The position numbers were made by a program, and so were the translations under genes. From Octopus sinensis (Eukaryota), in assembly GCF_006345805.1 (NCBI RefSeq), contig NW_021828363.1, positions 1-8,699 of the forward strand: a stretch of 8,699 nucleotides of DNA, written 5' to 3'. The notes beneath the pieces were generated by a model. That model had not been told where the DNA came from. It was given only the letters and a program-made list of their open reading frames with translations, and did no database searches. Within the stretch, counting starts at the first letter, position 1; each line of letters opens with the position of its first letter. Shown here piece by piece: positions 1 through 5,245 of this stretch.

Positions 1-247
1 CTAAAACTTTTATTAAAATCAAACGAAAATAACCTGATAATTAATTAAAATAATTGATAATGAAATTAAGTCGATTTATTCATTTTTTATCAATTTTTTG
101 ATTGAATGAATTTTTCCAAGAGTCGGCAAAAACCGACATCACCAATTTTTCCGATCAATAACGTTTTTTATTATAATTATACAGTTTTTTAGGTCTAACC
201 ATTTAAAAACAAATATTAAAAATTCATGAATTTTTTTACTATATAAA

Positions 248-294
248 CTAGCTCGGCAGCTCGCTTCGCTCACCGCGACCTAGCTCCTGCGGAG
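248..294 (-). other. Helitron 3' terminus: hairpin(s) plus CTAG
   Basis: The minus strand reads CTCC-GCA-GGAG CTAG GTC GCGGT-GA-GCGAAGC-GA-GCTGC CGAG CTAG|T, a GC-rich island in AT-rich DNA. The GCGAAGC core lies 11 nt from the terminal CTAG. Confidence 0.85.
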
Positions 295-361
295 GGCCTG
301 TTTCATCAAACAACTATAATTTTATGTAGATGTATATAAAACTACCTGGTTTAATGTAACC

Positions 362-551
362 CTATTCTATCGCCTGTTGATAAACGATGTTTGTCGTCCG
401 TCCTTCCTTGGCATATATGAATAAATTTTTCTCTTCTGCCTACCCTCGAGCATCCCACATACAGCTGTCCATGTGAAAAGCACTCACTCTCTAAAAATAA
501 CCCAACTACCTTTAATGACTGTCCCTGGGCCTTGTTTATTGTCATTGCAAA
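362..551 (-). pseudogene. C-terminal fragment of Helitron RepHel Pif1-family (SF1B) helicase, frameshifted
   Basis: [38 protein letters not shown] contains Pif1 motifs V/VI. Removing one base from the T-run at 426-430 continues the frame as [24 protein letters not shown] (stop 362-364), matching the usual Helitron ...TxNIVY end. Upstream of 551 is low-complexity sequence, so the Rep domain and most of the helicase are missing. Confidence 0.9.
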
Positions 552-647
552 CTTTTTTTTTCATTTTTGTAGTTTTATTTTTTTATATTTTATTTTTTCA
601 TTTTTCCTTTGTAATTTCCTTTTTTTCTTTTTTTTTTGTTTTTTACT

Positions 648-706
648 GGCGGAAATGGGGCAGGGGAGATGCGGCAGGCGGAAATGCGGCAGGCAAGAAA
701 GCGACA
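648..706 (+). repeat. Short GC-rich tandem repeat, 14-15 bp unit, 3 copies plus a degenerate fourth
   Basis: GGCGGAAATGGGGCA / GGGGAGATGCGGCA / GGCGGAAATGCGGCA / GGCAAGAAAGCGACA. Confidence 0.7.
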
Positions 707-924
707 CACAAAAAAACGACCACCAAAAAAGATTTAATTAATTACCTTATTAAGCTGACCGTTTTTTCTTCAGCTTCGTTTTTCCTCCTTCGGTTATCTA
801 TTTAAAAATTATTTTTTGAATAATAAAAAAGTTAGGAAAAGAGGCATACCGAAAATAAATTCTATCTTTACGAAAAACTCAAGTAAATAGTTAATATTTT
901 TACGCAAATTCTTCTGATTGCGCT

Positions 925-1165
925 GTCAATTGGTGGTAAATTGTGTTAATGGTTTGTGCTAATGTGGTTTCAACAACTATCAAGTGTTTTTCAAAATCTG
1001 TTAATTGCACACTCTATTCAAGGTCGTGCGTCAATTGGTGGTAAATTGTGTTAATGATTGTGCTAATGTGGTTTTCATCAACTATCAAAGTGGTTTTTCA
1101 AAATCTGTTAATTGCACACTCTATTCAAAGTCGTGCAATCTGTGATTGCACATTCTGTCAAAGTC
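925..1165 (+). repeat. Tandem duplication, ~105-bp unit x2 plus a partial third copy
   Basis: GTCAATTGGTGGTAAATTGTGTTAATG...AATCTGTTAATTGCACACTCTATTCAA(G/A)GTCGTGC occurs at 925-1029 and 1030-1136. The stretch 1137-1165 (AATCTGTGATTGCACATTCTGTCAAAGTC) is a diverged copy of the unit's end. Confidence 0.9.
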
Positions 1166-1346
1166 AAATATGATAATAGCTTTAATTTTGATTCATGGTC
1201 GATAATGATATATGCATTTAATTTTAAAGAGAAAAACATAGGATGAATTGAATTTCTTTATCGCGAATAATTGGGAGTTCATCATTGTTAATATTCTCGC
1301 TGTCGTTTTCATCAAGGATATTCTTAATACGTGAGATTTTTGCCTT

Positions 1347-2699
1347 GAAGGTTTTAATGGACCTCATCATGAATGTCGAGGACATTCGCGTTGTTCATTT
1401 TAATCAAAATGCAAAAAATAATTTTTTGATTTTTTGGGGGAAGGTTTTAAGGACTTCATCATGTAAGTCGAGGACATTGTAGTTGTTCATTTTAACCAAA
1501 ATGCAGAAAATTTTTTTTTATTTTTTTTGGGGGGGAAGGTTTTAAGGACTTCATCATGTAAGTGAGGACATTGTAGTTGTTCATTTTAACCAAAATGCAG
1601 AAAATTTTTTTTTAATTTTTTTTGGGGGAAGGTTTTAAGGACTTCATCATGTAAGTCGAGGACATTGTAGTTGTTCATTTTAACCAAAATGCAGAAAATT
1701 TTTTTAAATTTTTTTGGGGGGAAGGTTTAAAGACTTCATCATGTAAGTCGAGGACATTGTAGTTGTTCATTTTAACCAAAATGCAGAAAATTTTTTTTTA
1801 ATTTTTTTGGGGGGAAGGTTTTAAGGACTTCATCATGTAAGTCGAGGACATTGTAGTTGTTCATTTTAACCAAAATGCAGAAAATTTTTTTAAATTTTTT
1901 TGGGGGGAAGGTTTTAAGGACTTCATCATGTAAGTCGAGGACATTGTAGTTGTTCATTTTAACCCAAATGCAGAAAAATTTTTTTTAATTTGTTTGGGGG
2001 GGAAGGTTTTAAGGACTTCATCATGTAAGTCGAGGACATTGTAGTTGTTCATTTTAACCAAAATGCAGAAAATTTTTTTTTAATTTTTTTGGGGGGAAGG
2101 TTTTAAGGACTTCATCATGAAGTCGAGGACATTGTAGTTGTTCATTTTAACCAAAATGCAGAAAATTTTTTTTAATTTTTTTGGGGGGAAGGTTTTAAGG
2201 ACTTCATCATGTAAGTCGAGGACATTGTAGTTGTTCATTTTAACCAAAATGCAGAAAATTTTTTTAAATTTTTTTTTTGGGGGGAAGGTTTTAAGGACTT
2301 CATCATGTAAGTCGAGGACATTGTAGTTGTTCATTTTAAACCAAATGCAGAAAATTTTTTTTAATTTTTTTTTTTTTGGGGGGAAGGTTTTAAGGACTTC
2401 ATCTGTAAGTCGAGGACATTGTAGTTGTTCATTTTAACCAAAATGCAGAAAAATTTTTTTTTAATTTTTTTGGGGGAAGGTTTTAAGGACTTCATCATGT
2501 AGTCGAGGACATTGTAGTTGTTCATTTTAACCAAAATGCAGAAAATTTTTTTTTAATTTTTTTGGGGGGAAGGTTTTAAGGACTTCATCATGTAAGTCGA
2601 GGACATTGTAGTTGTTCATTTTAACCAAAATGCAGAAAATTTTTTTTTAATTTTTTGGGGGGAAGGTTTTAAGGACCTCATCATGTAAGTCGAGGACAT
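1347..2699. repeat. Minisatellite/tandem array, ~93-bp unit, 14 full copies plus a partial 15th
   Basis: The unit GAAGGTTTTAAGGACTTCATCATGTAAGTCGAGGACATTGTAGTTGTTCATTTTAACCAAAATGCAGAAAA(T)nAA(T)n(G)n starts at about 1347, 1440, 1535, 1628, 1721, 1814, 1907, 2002, 2096, 2188, 2284, 2383, 2476, 2569 and 2662. Length variation is mostly in homopolymer runs, and there are no unique spacers. Confidence 0.97.
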
Positions 2700-3194
2700 C
2701 GTATTGCCAATTTGAAGTTGGTGTGCACCACAGACAGACAGAGACAGACACACACCATACCATTTTATTATTAAGATTATTTGGATTTGCATCAATATCA
2801 TGCCTCAGTAGGGCATTCTCTCCTACGGCTAAATCTTCATTAAATTTCCATTTCCGCCTTTTTTTTCCATTTTTTCTCCGGCGAAAACACGGCTTTCATA
2901 CACACTTTGTTGATTCAACCAATCGTCCTCGTTTTCGAAATAATCAGATCCAATTATCTCCGATTGACTTGATTCAACCGCTTCATTTTCATCGAATGAC
3001 AATAACGCCAATCTTATTTCCTCCGGGATTAAATTATTTCCTACCATAAAATTTCGAAAGGTGTCCTCTTGGTCGTTTCATGCTTCGCCATGTTATATTT
3101 ATAAACGATTTCTTGATAGAAGTCTTTATAGCTACCAAAAGACCCATTTGAGGCACTAGTTGAGCTAATCCACCCTTTGATCGATTGATTGAAT

Positions 3195-3221
3195 CTAAAG
3201 ATAAATTTACAAATAACTTAC
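3195..3221 (-). other. Putative 27-nt spliceosomal intron in the integrase gene
   Basis: GAA AG|GTAAGTTATTTGTAAATTTATCTTTAG|A TTC AAT CAA has a consensus GTAAGT donor, a TTTAG acceptor and an in-frame TAA if retained. Splicing restores QGHVERFNQSIK. Confidence 0.85.
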
Positions 3222-3456
3222 CTTTCTACATGACCCTGAATCCCTGTGCTTTAGGGCGTCCACTTATATGTATGATTTTCAGATCATTACACATTGTTTC
3301 CATACATTTGTTCTTAAATTCTTTCCCATTATCCGTCTTTAGAATAAATGGGCGACAAATCATGTAAAAAATATTCTTTATTTTTCTAGTAATTTCCTCC
3401 CCTGATTTCCGCCTGGCAACTGCGAATTTAAAAAATGAGTCTATAACCACAACCAA

Positions 3457-3482
3457 CTACAATTTATACAAAAAGAAATAAC
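3457..3482 (-). other. Putative 26-nt intron in the integrase gene
   Basis: GGA TG|GTTATTTCTTTTTGTATAAATTGTAG|TTG GTT GTG GTT ATA GAC separates ...DNGW from LVVVIDSF. One extra G at the junction (lost by decay or sequencing error) is needed to keep the frame. Confidence 0.55.
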
Positions 3483-3808
3483 CATCCATTATCGCTATTA
3501 AGGCTAGCATACCTTCTTAAATCCACTAAATCTGCAATCGGCGTCCATATAAAAAACATCTATTTGAATATTTTTGATTACTTCAAGTTCATCTTTAGTA
3601 AGGTTGAGTAAAACCATTTCTAAAATATAGATTTGATCAATTATACTTATTATTTTTTCAAATTGGAAAACTTAGATAACCAAAATAAATTGCACGGTAG
3701 ATTAATTTGAAAAAAAACTTTGATAAATTACTAAAATAATTAAGAAAATCAAAAAATCTAATCAAAATTAATTGAAAAAATATTTATTTTTTTAAAATAA
3801 CGTTGAGT

Positions 3809-3847
3809 GGGCATTATCCAACCCAGGGCATTATCCAGCCGGTGACA
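3809..3847 (-). mobile_element. Candidate 5' terminus (TIR) of the integrase-encoding DNA transposon
   Basis: The minus strand reads TGTCACCGGCTGGATAATGCCCTGGGTTGGATAATGCCC. It starts with TGT as in Ginger-type TIRs and has a 12-bp direct repeat (GGGCATTATCCA at 3809-3820 and 3826-3837). It is a GC-rich island about 200 bp upstream of the integrase ATG, directly abutting the truncated hAT gene. The partner TIR is not in the window. Confidence 0.55.
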
Positions 3848-4086
3848 TAATTTTTAGAGAATAATTTCTATCAGCCTTGTTTGGACGAGTTACCCAATGA
3901 TGACTGGTCAATGCAAGTCACTAAAGCATTTATTCAATGCGATATACCCTTGCATAAATTGACTATGCCTCCTCTAAAGAATTTATTCAAGAATACTTCT
4001 TTGCCTCTTCCTTCCCAATACAAAGCAAGAATGTGCGTTAAACAATTGAAAACTGAATATATTGTATTATTTCAAGAAAAGTTTAG

Positions 4087-4110
4087 GTTTATGAATATAT
4101 AATTTTTTAG
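4087..4110 (+). other. Putative 24-nt intron in hAT transposase
   Basis: TTT AG|GTTTATGAATATATAATTTTTTAG|A AAT contains an in-frame TAA (4100-4102). Splicing joins ORF 3881..4102 to the SDEVT-containing frame that runs into ORF 4178..4363. Confidence 0.8.
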
Positions 4111-4352
4111 AAATCAACTTGTATTCGCCATAAGTGACGAGGTCACTATTCGTAGTCAAAAATTTGTTGCAGTTTTAATGGGGATACTTAAAAATCCCAA
4201 TAAAACTTATTTGATTTCTTTCGTAAAAATTGATAAAACTTCTACCAAAGAAACAATTATTCAAATTGTTGACGATACGATTAAATGCGTTTTAATTGAA
4301 AGACAAAATTTCCTTCTCCTAATAACAGATTCCGCTAAATATATGCTAGCAG

Positions 4353-4376
4353 GTTTTATTTAACATATAATTATAG
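4353..4376 (+). other. Putative 24-nt intron in hAT transposase
   Basis: GCA G|GTTTTATTTAACATATAATTATAG|CT GGA AAA contains an in-frame TAA (4361-4363). Splicing gives TDSAKYMLAAGKVLK, matching the family pattern TDxAxYMxxAGxxLK. Confidence 0.82.
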
Positions 4377-4761
4377 CTGGAAAAGTTCTTAAGCTTTTAT
4401 ATCCAAGGTTATTTCACGTAACTTATGTTGCTCATCTGATGCATAATTGTTCAATGAAAATCAGGACTATTATCCTGAAATTGATTCTCTTATTGCATCA
4501 ATTCAAGTGGCAATAACAAAAAATAACAAGAGAAAACGACTATTTAATGAAATTGGAATTCCACCTCATGTAGTTTTAACTAGATGGGTACTTGGCTAAC
4601 TGCTGCATTTTATTATGCAAAAAATTTAATACATGTGATAAACATTTTCAAAACAATTCCTGATGATGGAATCATTGTTCAGGCTGCAAAAAATAGCCTA
4701 AGAGATGAATCTCTAGTAAAAAGCTTAAGTTCTATTGTTAGAAATTATTCGACAATTCCAG

Positions 4762-4785
4762 GTAAAACTAGTTTAATAATAGCAG
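4762..4785 (+). other. Putative 24-nt (or 21-nt) stop-free intron in hAT transposase
   Basis: CCA G|GTAAAACTAGTTTAATAATAGCAG|AA TTA has a GTAA donor, TAAT and a tandem TAGCAG acceptor. It is hidden in ORF 4584..5105 because it is in frame with no stop. Removal gives NYSTIPELLCKFE. Confidence 0.6.
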
Positions 4786-5111
4786 AATTATTGTGCAAAT
4801 TTGAAAGTTCTCACTCCTCAATAGAGTTAGCTTACAATGAGCTAAAGAATTTAAAATTTGACGACGAATCAGATATAATTGAAAAATATTTGAATGAACG
4901 ATTACAAAAAAATGATTTATGTCAAATTATAAGAATGACAAATTCATCAATTTCTCCTGAAGAATATTGTATGCTTTTAAAGTGTCAGCCTTCATCCTCT
5001 TCAATAGAACGATGCTTCTCTCAAATTAAAAACTTTATGAGGGATAACAGAAATTTTAATATTGAAAATATAGAGAATTATGTTATATGTTTGTATAATA
5101 AATGATTCTTA

Positions 5112-5234
5112 AGTTAAAATTTGTTAGGTTAAAATTTTTGTTTTATAGGTTAAAATTTGGTTATTTTTAGGTTAAAAAGTTAAAATTTTTAGGTTAAAAA
5201 ATCGAAGTTTTTAGGTTAAAAAAAAATTGCACTA
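5112..5234 (+). repeat. hAT 3' subterminal repeats and probable right terminus
   Basis: About seven copies of (TAG)GTTAAAA follow the transposase stop and end in ...AAAATTGCACTA. The reverse complement starts TAG, compatible with a hAT terminus. The exact end cannot be confirmed without the left TIR. Confidence 0.65.
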
Positions 5235-5245
5235 GTCATTATTAA

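Larger units (their letters stand above)
248..2776 (-). mobile_element. Non-autonomous Helitron (rolling-circle transposon) with internal tandem repeats and a helicase remnant
   Basis: The minus strand begins A|TCTTAATAATAAAATGGTATGGTGTGTGTCTGTCTCTGTCTGTCTGT at 2776. This is TC, an AT-rich stretch and a (TCTG)n-like microsatellite, resembling described animal Helitron 5' ends. It ends in a GC-rich hairpin with a GCGAAGC core (263-269) followed by CTAG|T (251-248). It sits between A and T with no TSD, and a Pif1 helicase C-terminus lies just upstream of the 3' end. The 3' end is more secure than the pairing with this 5' end. Confidence 0.8.
2777..3617 (-). pseudogene. DDE integrase/transposase (rve core, Ginger/KRBA2-SCAND3-like), frameshifted and intron-containing
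   Basis: Fragments assemble as MVLLNLTKDELEVIKN...IADLVDLRRY...GW-LVVVIDSFFKFA...ILKTDNGKEFKNKCMETMCNDLKIIHISGRP...IQGHVER|FNQSIKGW...EIVYKYNMAKHETTKRTPFEI...VGENALLRHDIDANPN. The D (DLVD), D (TDNG) and E (VER) triad of retroviral-type integrases is present. There are several 1-bp frameshifts and no H2C2 zinc-binding region (apparently deleted). Confidence 0.85.
3858..5105 (+). pseudogene. hAT-superfamily (DUF659/CGGBP1-related) transposase, 5'-truncated, with tiny introns and two frameshifts
   Basis: The assembled product reads ...KAFIQCDIPLHKL...FR|NQLVFAISDEVTIRSQKFVAVLMGIL...LLLITDSAKYMLA|AGKVLKLLYPRLFHVTYVAHLMHN...PPHVVLTRWGTWLTAAFYY...QPSSSSIERCFSQIKNFMRDNRNFNIENIENYV. It shows the hAT motifs DE, TD, (C>Y)xxH, TRW and ERxFS. 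Frameshifts lie near 4466 and 4586-4588. Confidence 0.88.

Noticed and set aside
122-138. Small hairpin GTCGG-CAAAAA-CCGAC as a terminator
   Set aside because: It has only a 5-bp stem in a eukaryotic context with no associated gene, so no function can be supported.
473-805. Plus-strand ORFs 473..805 and 532..741 (Phe-rich)
   Set aside because: They arise from a low-complexity T tract and lie antisense to the helicase remnant.
1463-1482. GTAAGTCGAGGACATTGTAG in each array unit looks like a 20-nt plus-strand intron
   Set aside because: It lacks the TAAT/AT-rich 3' part seen in the other candidates, is shorter than them, and restores no plus-strand reading frame. It is probably coincidental.
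1347-2699. CRISPR array or RT-associated (retron/DGR-like) repeat system
   Set aside because: The units are wholly repeated with no unique spacers, and there are no cas genes. The RT is a eukaryotic non-LTR type with its own endonuclease and shows no template/variable repeat pair.
648-2858. 11-bp inverted match GGCGGAAATGG (648-658) / CCATTTCCGCC (2848-2858) as TIRs
   Set aside because: The match is short, has no TSD and does not coincide with element boundaries. One copy lies within integrase coding sequence.
3021-3044. Possible extra 24-nt intron GTAGGAAATAATTTAATCCCGGAG in the integrase
   Set aside because: The GAG acceptor is atypical, and the segment itself reads as YGRK*FN, resembling coding sequence expected after TPFE. 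It is better explained as a nonsense mutation.
2723-3367. Plus-strand ORFs 2723..3049 and 3185..3367
   Set aside because: They are antisense to the integrase pseudogene and have no motifs.
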